Virus record (IMG/VR): IMGVR_UViG_3300033175_000001
Coordinates: 13,325 to 77,324 of that record
From: a virus
Taxonomy: Duplodnaviria; Caudoviricetes
Direction: 5' to 3' (one strand)
DNA: 64,000 bases
The position numbers and the translations under genes are program-made. The notes below the pieces were generated by a model. That model saw only the letters and a program-made list of their open reading frames with translations, was not told where the DNA came from and searched no databases. Numbering within the stretch: the stretch's first letter is position 1; the number at the start of each line of letters is the position of its first letter. Of the stretch, positions 26,208 to 35,371 are shown piece after piece.

Positions 26208-27134
26208 TTATACCGTATCAATCTCGACGATGTAATCCTGAATGATTCCAACGCCAAAAATTGAATACCAGCCGATTGATACCATACGACCGAAATCTTC
26301 CACTCCATCGTTAACCAGACCAAAAGGAACGGTCTCGGCAAAACCTACGGGCTCTCCACCCCACATAACAGCTCTGAAAACATCCGCTGAACTGGCACCT
26401 GCTCCAGCAAGAATAGGCATCTGAGTGGTTTCAAGGAAAACAACATTCTCGTATCTTCCTACTTCACCGTTGAACAGAAGACCAGGCTGTGCATACTGAG
26501 CAGCATTGATCCAGGCAGAGTCATCCCTCAGCGCACGAATCTGGTGAGGGTGAGCCGCACAAACGTAGAACTGATCCCCGCCACGAACAACCAGCGGAGC
26601 GTTCATAGTCTTCAGCGTTTCGATTGCATTCTTAATCGCATACGCTGACATTGCACCATTCACGTTCGCAAGACCGGCACCTTCGCCATCAGCAGGCTTC
26701 CCTGCACCGCCAGAAGCTGTCATGAACTGCTTATTTGCAGTCGCAAGAAAAGCGTCCCGGCAAATTCCGTCCACAGTAAGGCCATAATCCCTTCCGAGAA
26801 GAGCAGACGCATCCGCCATCATATCTCTGAAAGAAGCCTCCAGCGCACGTTTTGACATCTGCACAGCATTACCATACTCATCCACGCTGATGGATATAAT
26901 GCTGTCAGAATATTTCTGTTTGGGAATGGGGTCAGTCTCAGAAGCGAGTTTTCCCCCGGGGGCGAGATTTGCGATCTTTAAGAACTGAATCGTTTCGCCA
27001 GGTTCGGCTCCAAGCTGAGCTTTAAACGAGCAAAACCCACGAAAATACATCATCGGCATTGCTTCAAATAATGCATCCCTTGAGTATACTGTGAGTATCT
27101 CATTAGGGATATCACTTACCAACATAGCTGACAT
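26208..27134 (-). CDS. major capsid protein (N4-gp56 family)
   Basis: QLGAEPGETIQF, DEYGNAV, LGRDYGLTVD, HPHQIRALRDD..W...YA.P..LFNGEVGRYENVVFLET. Confidence 0.95.
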   Translation of the reverse strand: MSAMLVSDIPNEILTVYSRDALFEAMPMMYFRGFCSFKAQLGAEPGETIQFLKIANLAPGGKLASETDPIPKQKYSDSIISISVDEYGNAVQMSKRALEASFRDMMADASALLGRDYGLTVDGICRDAFLATANKQFMTASGGAGKPADGEGAGLANVNGAMSAYAIKNAIETLKTMNAPLVVRGGDQFYVCAAHPHQIRALRDDSAWINAAQYAQPGLLFNGEVGRYENVVFLETTQMPILAGAGASSADVFRAVMWGGEPVGFAETVPFGLVNDGVEDFGRMVSIGWYSIFGVGIIQDYIVEIDTV

Positions 27135-27176
27135 ATCCTAACTCCTTTGAAAATAAATTGAATTTATTAACAAAGG

Positions 27177-27962
27177 CTAAACACCGAACTTGTTCAGTAA
27201 ATCCTCTTTGTACTTAGCGTAGGCTTCAGGGGTCATCTTTCTGATCTCATCCGCCGTAAGCTCTTTTTCATTTTTAGGAAGGGATTGTTTTATTTGATTC
27301 GGAGTTTCTTGGGATATGTTAGTTTTAACTGACTCGTTCTTTGACTTATTCTGTATTTCCTCGGCTACCTGCCCTCGAATAAAATTGAAGCGATCAACTG
27401 CTTTCTTAAAAGATTCATCAAGTTCTTCAACAGTATTACCTGTTACAAGTTCAGGAATTACTTTACCGTTGGCCTTTGTAATCAGCCTTTCCCGATAAAT
27501 TTCCAGATCCTTTTGACGAAGCTTCTCTTCAGTTTCCCTTTTCAATACATCGAAGGCGGTGTTTAACTGTTCAAGCTCGCGATTAGCCTTTTGTATTGCC
27601 TCATCACGACGTTCATCGTCAGACATCTCTGCACGACGAATCTCTTCTTCTTTTTTCTTACGATCATCCTCAATCTTCTTAAACTGACTGAGCGATGAAT
27701 TTGCTTCTTTAAGGTCCGACTTCAGCTTATCGATTGTATCATAAAGCTTCTGCTTTTCCTTCTGGGAAGATTCTTTCTCAGCTGCCTTAACAGCAGTATT
27801 GATTTTATCTTCCAATTCCTTTACTGATAAAACGACCTTATCTGTACCGGAAGTTACCTCTACTGAACCTTCTACCGCTCCTTCTGCAGGAACATCTGCC
27901 GGAGAATCAATAACAGTTTCTTCAACAACTGAATCCACTCCGTTTTGTGCTTGTTCTGTCAT
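27177..27962 (-). CDS. capsid scaffolding protein
   Basis: Acidic N-terminus, long coiled coil, C-terminal KMTPEAYAKYK, upstream of the capsid gene. Confidence 0.85.
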   Translation of the reverse strand: MTEQAQNGVDSVVEETVIDSPADVPAEGAVEGSVEVTSGTDKVVLSVKELEDKINTAVKAAEKESSQKEKQKLYDTIDKLKSDLKEANSSLSQFKKIEDDRKKKEEEIRRAEMSDDERRDEAIQKANRELEQLNTAFDVLKRETEEKLRQKDLEIYRERLITKANGKVIPELVTGNTVEELDESFKKAVDRFNFIRGQVAEEIQNKSKNESVKTNISQETPNQIKQSLPKNEKELTADEIRKMTPEAYAKYKEDLLNKFGV

Positions 27963-27991
27963 ATTCGCTATCTCCTCTAATTTATAGTAAA

Positions 27992-28363
27992 TTAGCTCAT
28001 ATTAACAACCTTGCGAATATTATCAAGCAAATTTTTATTAAACTCCTTGACAAACGCCCTGGTTTCCTCGGATTTAGGCGATAAATACTTCTTTTTTGCA
28101 TAAAAAATCACGCAAAAATCGCACCTTCCGAAATTGCATCCATCGCATGGGTCTTTCTTACCTTTTACAAAGGTTTTTGCCCTGAGAGTATTCCTATCCC
28201 TCCAAATTTGAGCGAGCCTCTCAGGAGAGTTTTCATACTCCATTACCTTCTTTCCACGGCAGATATTACATTCGCCTTTATTTGCAGTAAACTTAACTTC
28301 CTCTTCATTCTTACCACAAATAACACAAACCTTCCTGCCTTTGCTGTCTACGTTCTTAGCCAT
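27992..28363 (-). CDS. Cys-rich zinc-finger protein
   Basis: CVICG, CNIC, CDGC, CDFC. Confidence 0.65.
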   Translation of the reverse strand: MAKNVDSKGRKVCVICGKNEEEVKFTANKGECNICRGKKVMEYENSPERLAQIWRDRNTLRAKTFVKGKKDPCDGCNFGRCDFCVIFYAKKKYLSPKSEETRAFVKEFNKNLLDNIRKVVNMS

Positions 28364-28371
28364 CTATGCTC

Positions 28372-28992
28372 CTATGAATCGGTACTTTCTGCTGAAGCCT
28401 CAACCGGCTCAGGCACTACCTGTTTTTTAATTACATCTCCGAAAAGCCTGGAAATAGCTCCTCGACCCTTTACCTTAATTTCAACTGACTCTTCCCTCGA
28501 CATAATATTTTTAAGTCTATCCACCATATCAAAATATTGCATAATTTCTGCTGAAACTTCACGGTCAACGCCTCCTTCCATTTTTTCAATGAGGAGACTT
28601 CTCTGTATCCTATCACTCTCAATCTGAAGCAGTTTGACCATAACATTAACTATATCCTTGGAAGACTGTAACGACCCGCCCATTAAATTAAATCTGCATT
28701 CAGAACCGACCTCAAAAAGAGAACACGACTTATTGAATAAACAGGCATTGCACGAAGTAAAATATACTCCGGCATCGTCAAGATCATCAATGGCGACCTG
28801 CTGCTTAATAGCATGCAAGTCTCTCAAATCCCTGGCATTTAAAAGATACTTATCATTCTTAACAGCTTCGAGAAGTTTATTTGCTCCAAGCTGAAATAAA
28901 GCCTTAGTATATTTATACTCAGCCTGTTGAGCATCTTTATCTTTTAATGCCCTTTTTATTACCGTAGGATTTGACTTTGCAAGAGAACTCAT
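28372..28992 (-). CDS. hypothetical protein with Cys cluster
   Basis: CNAC...C...C followed by helices; function not recognised. Confidence 0.6.
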   Translation of the reverse strand: MSSLAKSNPTVIKRALKDKDAQQAEYKYTKALFQLGANKLLEAVKNDKYLLNARDLRDLHAIKQQVAIDDLDDAGVYFTSCNACLFNKSCSLFEVGSECRFNLMGGSLQSSKDIVNVMVKLLQIESDRIQRSLLIEKMEGGVDREVSAEIMQYFDMVDRLKNIMSREESVEIKVKGRGAISRLFGDVIKKQVVPEPVEASAESTDS

Positions 28993-28999
28993 TCACACC

Positions 29000-29275
29000 T
29001 CACACGACCTTGAAATTAAAGATCGTTAAACTCAACTCTTTATCATTCACAACTTCATTCTTCATCCCTGGACGAACAGTTAAATCTTTCCCCATCTGTG
29101 CCATACTTGCTCTGGCCCTGACAATAATCTTAACCGCCTGATTCACTGCTGCAGCCCCGATAGCGGACACCTCTACATCTCTGCCTTCTTCTATTAGTTT
29201 GAATAAAGAAAGAGAGCAGTTATGCACATTTGAATTTCCTTTTACTTTGAAGTTTACTTTGTTGTTCGTATCCAT
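29000..29275 (-). CDS. spoVS: SpoVS (stage V sporulation protein S, Alba fold) homologue
   Basis: FKVKGNSNV, VSAIGAAAVNQAVKIIVRAR, DLTVRPG match the SpoVS signature AIGAGA(L/V)NQAVKA.AIAR. Confidence 0.85.
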   Translation of the reverse strand: MDTNNKVNFKVKGNSNVHNCSLSLFKLIEEGRDVEVSAIGAAAVNQAVKIIVRARASMAQMGKDLTVRPGMKNEVVNDKELSLTIFNFKVV

Positions 29276-29622
29276 CTTTTTAACTCATCCCTTATTAGAT
29301 CAATATTTTCTTCTGCATCGTAAATGACAAGAATATCCATGTCACTCTTCTTAGCGGCTTTAACAATCCTTTGAATCCGGAATCCGAACCTATCCAAAGC
29401 TGCCTCAGTTGGATTACGCACAGTTCTAAACTCTGTAACCCATTTATATACTGAAACGCCCAACTGCTTTAAATCTTCGATATCTTCCGGAGTCACATTT
29501 ACTATTATGGGCATCGCTAAAACAGACTCGCCAATTACTACTGACCCGTCTGAATGATTAAGATACGCTTTCAATATCTCTTTCTCGATACCTTTCGAGT
29601 AAGCTAAATATACTACGTTCAT
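29254..29622 (-). CDS. hypothetical protein
   Basis: ATG at 29622 with GGAGG RBS. Confidence 0.6.
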   Translation of the reverse strand: MNVVYLAYSKGIEKEILKAYLNHSDGSVVIGESVLAMPIIVNVTPEDIEDLKQLGVSVYKWVTEFRTVRNPTEAALDRFGFRIQRIVKAAKKSDMDILVIYDAEENIDLIRDELKRWIRTTK

Positions 29623-30154
29623 GACATCCTCCGATAACACTCTCAGCTATTCTTCGCTCAAATTCTTCGCTATGAGTACCCTGCACAAACATCACAGCCA
29701 AAACTGCTGGAATAACGGCATCTGTAAAATGGTACTCACTCGATTTTGGCAGAATAAGATTATGCTTCTTAAAAAACTCCTGGGCAAATTTTTTCGCGTC
29801 ACCTTTATTTGCCCTGCCATTATTTAATACAGCATATCTTAAAGATGATATAGGCACCTCATAAAAAGAGATGCCCGCATCAACCATCATCCTCTTAATC
29901 TGCCCGGTTAATTCAGCCTGCATGACATTAAAAAATCCTTTGCCACCATAGCCGTAACCTTCAATAACAACAAAGTCTGCATTAAAAGCTACAATAGCCT
30001 CTTCAACCGCCCGAGCCAAATTAAACACAAAAAACTCATTCAGCTCTACAACTGTAATCTCTTTTACTTCTGAGCCAACAACATTATATTTATCGTCCAA
30101 GACCAGTCCGCAGAATCCGGTCTTTTCTCCAATATCCAGCCCTACCAAATTCAT
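29558..30154 (-). CDS. RuvC-like Holliday junction resolvase
   Basis: LVGLDIGEKTG, VVIEGYGY, GRANK, HFTDA. Confidence 0.85.
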   Translation of the reverse strand: MNLVGLDIGEKTGFCGLVLDDKYNVVGSEVKEITVVELNEFFVFNLARAVEEAIVAFNADFVVIEGYGYGGKGFFNVMQAELTGQIKRMMVDAGISFYEVPISSLRYAVLNNGRANKGDAKKFAQEFFKKHNLILPKSSEYHFTDAVIPAVLAVMFVQGTHSEEFERRIAESVIGGCHERSIFSLLERYRERDIESVS

Positions 30155-30160
30155 AAAGAT

Positions 30161-30189
30161 AACATAGTAAAAATAGCCCACGAAGTCAA
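30161..30189 (-). promoter_or_regulatory. sigma70-type promoter TTGACT-17-TATGTT, 6 nt before the ATG (leaderless candidate)
   Basis: -35 at 30184-30189, -10 at 30161-30166, ATG at 30154, no Shine-Dalgarno. Confidence 0.6.
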
Positions 30190-30190
30190 G

Positions 30191-30793
30191 CTATTTCTTA
30201 TCCTTCTTCTTCGGATCAAGCTCCTTGCCCTGGATAGCTTTAATCCGATCTGATTGGGCTGATTTCTTTTCATCAATGCCCGTCGCTCGCTCTCCCATTC
30301 CAAAGCTATCATTCTTTCTGCGGCTGATTTCTCTGGAAATAGAGGCTGAATACTTCATAAAATTATCAAGCCTCGACTGTAATAAACTCCTCTCCGTCTC
30401 AAGCTCATGTAAAGCCAGCTCTGCATCAACAACATTGTTATCGATATCCACCCATGCCTGAGCATCTGGTATCGAACTATCGCTACGAAACTGAAGATAG
30501 AGCCTCTTGCGATAAGTGTTGATGACAATTTTCGCATGATCTACCTGCACCTCAACTCCCGCTAAAAGGGACCTGATATAAGCTACTTCCGCATCATACA
30601 TCACCAAAAACTTTCCGACCTCATCAGATGATAATATAGTTACGTCATCAGGAAATGGAAGTACCTTCTTCGGCCTGTCAATATCTGGTATCTTATAATT
30701 AGATTCCAGCTTCCCTACAATCTTATCCCGTACACTTGTGTCTAAAACCTGTTCCCTAAGCGGTAAGCTCGGTGGCGCAGCTTTCTTTCCCAT
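30191..30793 (-). CDS. coiled-coil protein (possible recombination mediator)
   Basis: Long amphipathic helices; UvsY-like by impression only. Confidence 0.5.
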   Translation of the reverse strand: MGKKAAPPSLPLREQVLDTSVRDKIVGKLESNYKIPDIDRPKKVLPFPDDVTILSSDEVGKFLVMYDAEVAYIRSLLAGVEVQVDHAKIVINTYRKRLYLQFRSDSSIPDAQAWVDIDNNVVDAELALHELETERSLLQSRLDNFMKYSASISREISRRKNDSFGMGERATGIDEKKSAQSDRIKAIQGKELDPKKKDKK

Positions 30794-30923
30794 ACTCTAA
30801 CTCCTGCAATAAATTTTCTACATATTCTAAAGCGAGCCTCTCTGCCCGCCTTAATTTCACACGTTCTCTTGCCTCATCAGCCTCATCATTTAAAGGATTA
30901 CTTCTTATTTTTTCAAAAGGCAT
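30756..30923 (-). CDS. small hypothetical protein (55 aa, not in ORF track)
   Basis: MPFEKIRSNPLNDEADEARERVKLRRAERLALEYVENLLQELEYGKESCATELTA; TAATG overlap with the VWA stop. Confidence 0.5.
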   Translation of the reverse strand: MPFEKIRSNPLNDEADEARERVKLRRAERLALEYVENLLQELEYGKESCATELTA

Positions 30924-32407
30924 TATACTACCTTCCTAAACTCTGGTTTATAAGAAGCCAGGTCAGACACTTTATCCAGGTCTACTACCTGAAAAGTCTC
31001 CGCCAACTTCTCTATATTTGAATGGCCTGAATTAGTATGTATATCCTCCAGGCAGATAAAATGGAACTTCATTCCTCTTCGCTTTAACTCAAGAAATTCC
31101 CCTGTCTCATAAATATCCGCCGTACCATCAGTAATGACGATCATATCGCTTTTATCCATGCCGTCAATTTCCTTAAATATGTCATCAGCAGCAACGTGCA
31201 TCGCCAAATCAATATTCGTTCCTCCCGAAGGATACTCATTAAGAATGTGTGTAAGGAAGTTGCCCCACTGAGAACGATCAAATAGTTTATAGGCATCCCT
31301 TACATTGGAATTAAACCATCTGAAATAAAACGTACTCGCATCAGCGATGGCCTTCTTCCCGAGAGCTATCGCTACTGCTTTTATAAAAGCTATTCGATTG
31401 ATATTAAGAGAAGGATAATAATCATCTGTTGACCCTGAGCTATCCAAAAGAGCGTACAATAACTGCTTCTGTTCTTTCCGTTCCTTATGCTGAAAAACAC
31501 GGAGATCCCGGTTCATTATCTTTCTATCCATAATATCGTCTAAAGCCATGTCCATCTTAACTGCCCTGTTTACGTCCTTCATCCTTTTCATTCGAGAAAT
31601 GGTGATATTGGACGCTACATTATCAGACTCCACCAGCTTACCCTTGCGGGCATGATTGAACGTAAACTCGATATTCCTGGCAATCTCGAACATCTCAAGA
31701 TACTGCTGAGACCAAAGCTTATCAACCAGGTCAGAAATCTGAAGTTTATTCCCGATAGACTCCTTATAAAGAACCTCTACCGCTGAGCCCCCACGAGTGT
31801 ATCCCTGACCTATAGCCTTCTGCTGATGAAAACTCGCATCCTGCTGATCGAACATGTGAGACATCATGAAACTGAAACCTTTAAAGAACTGAGAGGTCAT
31901 TGCCATCTGGCCGGCATCTGCAGGCACTTCTATCTGACCTGCTGAAGTCTGACCCTGAATATTATTAACTCCTCCAGACTGAGTATTAGCCAGCTCTGCC
32001 ATATCTCCCTTAACATCTCTCGGAGTAGAAGCATGCCCAACCATCGCATCAAGAATTTTAACCATTAACTCAAACTTCTCTTCCAACCTTAGAAAAGGGT
32101 CATTCTTCAACGCCCGGGCAAACCCTGAATCTGCAAAATCTATCAGATCAAGCCTCATCGTAAAAAGCTCGGCTTCATACTGCCTCATATTCTTTATTGA
32201 ATTTTTAAGGTAAGCCCTCGTAACTTCGTTCACCAAATCCTGAACAGTCACAAGAAACTTCCACATGATGTCATAGCCCTGTGCCACTATAAACATCAAA
32301 TCCTGGTAAAAATCACCTCCGATCTTACTTGCATTGGGATACTTACTCAGCGTATCCTCTACGATCTGCTTATAAAAAGGAGGAAGTTCTATTTTCAAAA
32401 ACCTCAT
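30923..32407 (-). CDS. VWA-domain protein (ViaA-like)
   Basis: MIDAS LLDSSGS, SGGTNID, IVITDG. Confidence 0.9.
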   Translation of the reverse strand: MRFLKIELPPFYKQIVEDTLSKYPNASKIGGDFYQDLMFIVAQGYDIMWKFLVTVQDLVNEVTRAYLKNSIKNMRQYEAELFTMRLDLIDFADSGFARALKNDPFLRLEEKFELMVKILDAMVGHASTPRDVKGDMAELANTQSGGVNNIQGQTSAGQIEVPADAGQMAMTSQFFKGFSFMMSHMFDQQDASFHQQKAIGQGYTRGGSAVEVLYKESIGNKLQISDLVDKLWSQQYLEMFEIARNIEFTFNHARKGKLVESDNVASNITISRMKRMKDVNRAVKMDMALDDIMDRKIMNRDLRVFQHKERKEQKQLLYALLDSSGSTDDYYPSLNINRIAFIKAVAIALGKKAIADASTFYFRWFNSNVRDAYKLFDRSQWGNFLTHILNEYPSGGTNIDLAMHVAADDIFKEIDGMDKSDMIVITDGTADIYETGEFLELKRRGMKFHFICLEDIHTNSGHSNIEKLAETFQVVDLDKVSDLASYKPEFRKVV

Positions 32408-32416
32408 GGCTGCCTC

Positions 32417-33589
32417 CTAAAATAAATCCTCATCTTTAATCTGCATTTCGCCCTTAAACTTATCTACCTTCATTTTAAGAGCCTCTATAAGAGGGATGAG
32501 TATTTCAGCGGATGAATCGTTCTGCAGCTCGCCGATCATCTTATCGCACTTTTTCGACAGCCCAAGAACAACCTTGTACTTCTTAGAAACATCAGTCTCA
32601 GACTTATTCGCATCAAACAGCGACTCCATCTTCTGAATAACTTCCGACTGAGCAAGAGACTGCTTCACCTTCAGAAAGATAGTATCAAAATAACCTATAC
32701 CCTTTACATCGCCGCCTTCAACGAGCCCGAACTTTATAGTCTCTATATCATCAATAGTTACATCCGCAACTCCGCCACGCAGAAACACCGATGCCTTAAT
32801 TATCTTCAGCATCTTATTCTTTTTCCTGGGCGACATTTTTACATTCGCCTGCGCTTCGTACTCTGAAATGATCCTGTCATAAATAAGAAGCATCCCGTTT
32901 GAAAAATTAGGTTTAAACTCATCGAAGGCTTTAATTACCGCCTGAACATCATCAAACGCAATAACTGGTTGGGTATTCTCCGTCACATCTGAAAGGTAAT
33001 CACGGTACATGTCCATTCTCTTATGAACATCCGCCAGCTCCTTAACATCCGATTTGAAAATAATCCTGTCATACACCGCCCGGAGTTCCTTCTCTGATTC
33101 CCTCTCCTGATTCGTGGTCATTATAGCTGTGATAAGCGGACATTCTACTTTCTGGAACGGTCTGGTAAAAGTCCTTTCATTCAAAGGCTCAAGAGTAGCA
33201 ACCAGAGTTTCCTCACTGGCGTTAAAAAACTCATCCAGAAAACCGAAATGCGCTGTTATCAGCGAACCGGTAATGTTATGAACTACCCTACCCTGCTTAA
33301 ACTCATCGAGAAGCTGAGGGCCGAATACATAAGAATCATCCTGCATCCTTGTAAACTGATTCTTGTAAACCTCTGCTCCTTCGATACCGTTAAAGACCTT
33401 CAAAGCCAGCATTGACTTAGCTGTTCCAGGAACGCCTTTCAGAAGTACATGCTCCTGCATCAAAATAGCGTACCTGATCTGATTGACTTCCCATTCCCTT
33501 TCGTAAAATATCCCGTTAATCTCTTCAAAAAACTGATTGTACTCATCAACGGGAATCTGCTGTGACACGTTCTTTGACTGCTTTGCCAT
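32417..33589 (-). CDS. MoxR-family AAA+ ATPase (RavA-like)
   Basis: GVPGTAKS Walker A, FLDEFFNAS, LNERTF, AVYDRI. Confidence 0.92.
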   Translation of the reverse strand: MAKQSKNVSQQIPVDEYNQFFEEINGIFYEREWEVNQIRYAILMQEHVLLKGVPGTAKSMLALKVFNGIEGAEVYKNQFTRMQDDSYVFGPQLLDEFKQGRVVHNITGSLITAHFGFLDEFFNASEETLVATLEPLNERTFTRPFQKVECPLITAIMTTNQERESEKELRAVYDRIIFKSDVKELADVHKRMDMYRDYLSDVTENTQPVIAFDDVQAVIKAFDEFKPNFSNGMLLIYDRIISEYEAQANVKMSPRKKNKMLKIIKASVFLRGGVADVTIDDIETIKFGLVEGGDVKGIGYFDTIFLKVKQSLAQSEVIQKMESLFDANKSETDVSKKYKVVLGLSKKCDKMIGELQNDSSAEILIPLIEALKMKVDKFKGEMQIKDEDLF

Positions 33590-33590
33590 T

Positions 33591-33728
33591 TCATTTCTCC
33601 TCTTTGATTTTATTGATACGCCCGCAATGCGGACACTTAAAGCTCACAGTTCCTTTAGTTTCCGTTATATCGGAAACTTCTATTACCCTATTACAAAACT
33701 GACACTCCGTATGGATAGTCCTATTCAT
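33591..33728 (-). CDS. Com-like zinc-ribbon protein (45 aa, not in ORF track)
   Basis: MNRTIHTECQFCNRVIEVSDITETKGTVSFKCPHCGRINKIKEEK; GGAG RBS. Confidence 0.65.
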   Translation of the reverse strand: MNRTIHTECQFCNRVIEVSDITETKGTVSFKCPHCGRINKIKEEK

Positions 33729-33966
33729 TTAATAACTCCTCAACATATAATAAAGCCTGCTGCTCATCCAACTTTGGTATATCCACAGATGCTTCAAAAC
33801 ACGTCCGATTTTTCTCGTCTGTTATTACTCTAAAAATAACCTGCTGAAAATTAACTCTGCCACCTGCATCTTTTACTTTCCTCTCCAAAATATTAAACAA
33901 ATCTTTCCTCGCCCATGGAGTATCCTTAAATACTCCTCCATAGATTTGCTTTACTGAAAATATCAA
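33721..33966 (-). CDS. hypothetical protein
   Basis: Packed ORF with overlapping stop and start codons. Confidence 0.55.
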   Translation of the reverse strand: MIFSVKQIYGGVFKDTPWARKDLFNILERKVKDAGGRVNFQQVIFRVITDEKNRTCFEASVDIPKLDEQQALLYVEELLNE

Positions 33967-34871
33967 ATCTTAATCCTCGCCTTAATTGCGGCTTCGATTA
34001 TTTCCTTAGTGCAGGCAGCATCCCCAACATCATTTATATCTTCAGGAAGATTTACCCCTGACAGCCTGACCTTATCCTTCAGCTTATCGACAATATCATA
34101 CCTTAATTTAAGGCCAGCCTTATCATTATCTGGAATCGCAATAACATGATACGCATTATCTATAAGCCATTCAGCCTGGTAGTCAAACAATACACTTCCA
34201 TTAAGCGCCACCGACTTAAATCCCCACTGCCACATCTTCATGCAATCAACAGGACCCTCTACCAGATAAATGACATTCCTTTCCGTATGTTTTATCAGAT
34301 GCGCTCCAAAGATAAGTTTATCCCTGTTTACTCCCTCCGGCATAAGGCGATACCTATTAGGCCAGTTATCACTCCTCTCTGCCCACCCTGAAAGCTCTCC
34401 TTCAGAATCCAAACAAGGAAAAAATAATATGTCATGCCTTACATTATAGCCAATATTAAATGCCTTGATAGCCTTCTTTGTAATTCCCCGATCCTTCAAC
34501 TTCATATACGCATCGTAAGGATTTGCTGAAAGCCAACTCAGCCACGAAGTTCTGATTTCAACAGGAACCGGTTCCGCTTTCGGAGCCATCCTCTTACGTT
34601 TTTTCTTCTTTATCTCTGGCAACTCTGAAACCCATCCCGGAATATCAAAACCGAGTTTCAAATATAAACTTGCCAAACCCTTACCACTAAACCCGCACGA
34701 CCAACAGTTATAAAACTGACTCTGAATATTAAAGCTCCAACTCGGGTTGCGATCATCGTGATTCGGATTCGGGCAACAAGCTGTAAGTTCATCCCCATTC
34801 AACTTTGCCTTCTGCAACTTCAACTCATTTATAACTCGTTCTACGTCTATTAAAGAATCGCTCATACTCAT
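33963..34871 (-). CDS. DNA primase (CHC2 Zn finger + TOPRIM)
   Basis: CCPNPNHDDRNPS...CWSCG, LVEGPVD, IPDNDKAG, NDVGD. Confidence 0.92.
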   Translation of the reverse strand: MSMSDSLIDVERVINELKLQKAKLNGDELTACCPNPNHDDRNPSWSFNIQSQFYNCWSCGFSGKGLASLYLKLGFDIPGWVSELPEIKKKKRKRMAPKAEPVPVEIRTSWLSWLSANPYDAYMKLKDRGITKKAIKAFNIGYNVRHDILFFPCLDSEGELSGWAERSDNWPNRYRLMPEGVNRDKLIFGAHLIKHTERNVIYLVEGPVDCMKMWQWGFKSVALNGSVLFDYQAEWLIDNAYHVIAIPDNDKAGLKLRYDIVDKLKDKVRLSGVNLPEDINDVGDAACTKEIIEAAIKARIKI

Positions 34872-35371
34872 ACTCCTAAAATATTTTCTATTCGACTTAA
34901 CTGCTTTATCTGCTTTTCTGAAAGCCATCCTCCACGATTCTTAGCCTGATTGAGAAGAGCCGCTCCGGTGTCCCCGTAAATAAACTTTTCATCCCAACCT
35001 GTAAGCCTGCCCTTTCCGGCATCCATAACAACCATTATCCGCCGCTCAACATCAGACATGGGAGTTGTTACACCAGGCTCAGCTAAAGAGCCTTCACCTT
35101 CATGCTCATCATCCCTTAAAAGCTGCTCTACATATAAAACACTTAAATCGACGTTTCTCATAAGATCGTCGATCCTCTCTCTATCAATAGCTGATACTTC
35201 GCCATGTGAAAGAAGTTTTTTCAACAACTTCGACATGTACTCATCTTCTGCTAAAGAGAGATATTCCGTGAGGAAAGCCTTACGTTTATTATCAACGTCA
35301 GACTCCCTGACAAAAATATTCGTGAATCGATCTTCACCTTTTTTAACCTGTTTTCGTACCATGACTACCAC
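34868..35371 (-). CDS. hypothetical protein
   Basis: ORF between helicase and primase. Confidence 0.6.
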   Translation of the reverse strand: MVVMVRKQVKKGEDRFTNIFVRESDVDNKRKAFLTEYLSLAEDEYMSKLLKKLLSHGEVSAIDRERIDDLMRNVDLSVLYVEQLLRDDEHEGEGSLAEPGVTTPMSDVERRIMVVMDAGKGRLTGWDEKFIYGDTGAALLNQAKNRGGWLSEKQIKQLSRIENILGV

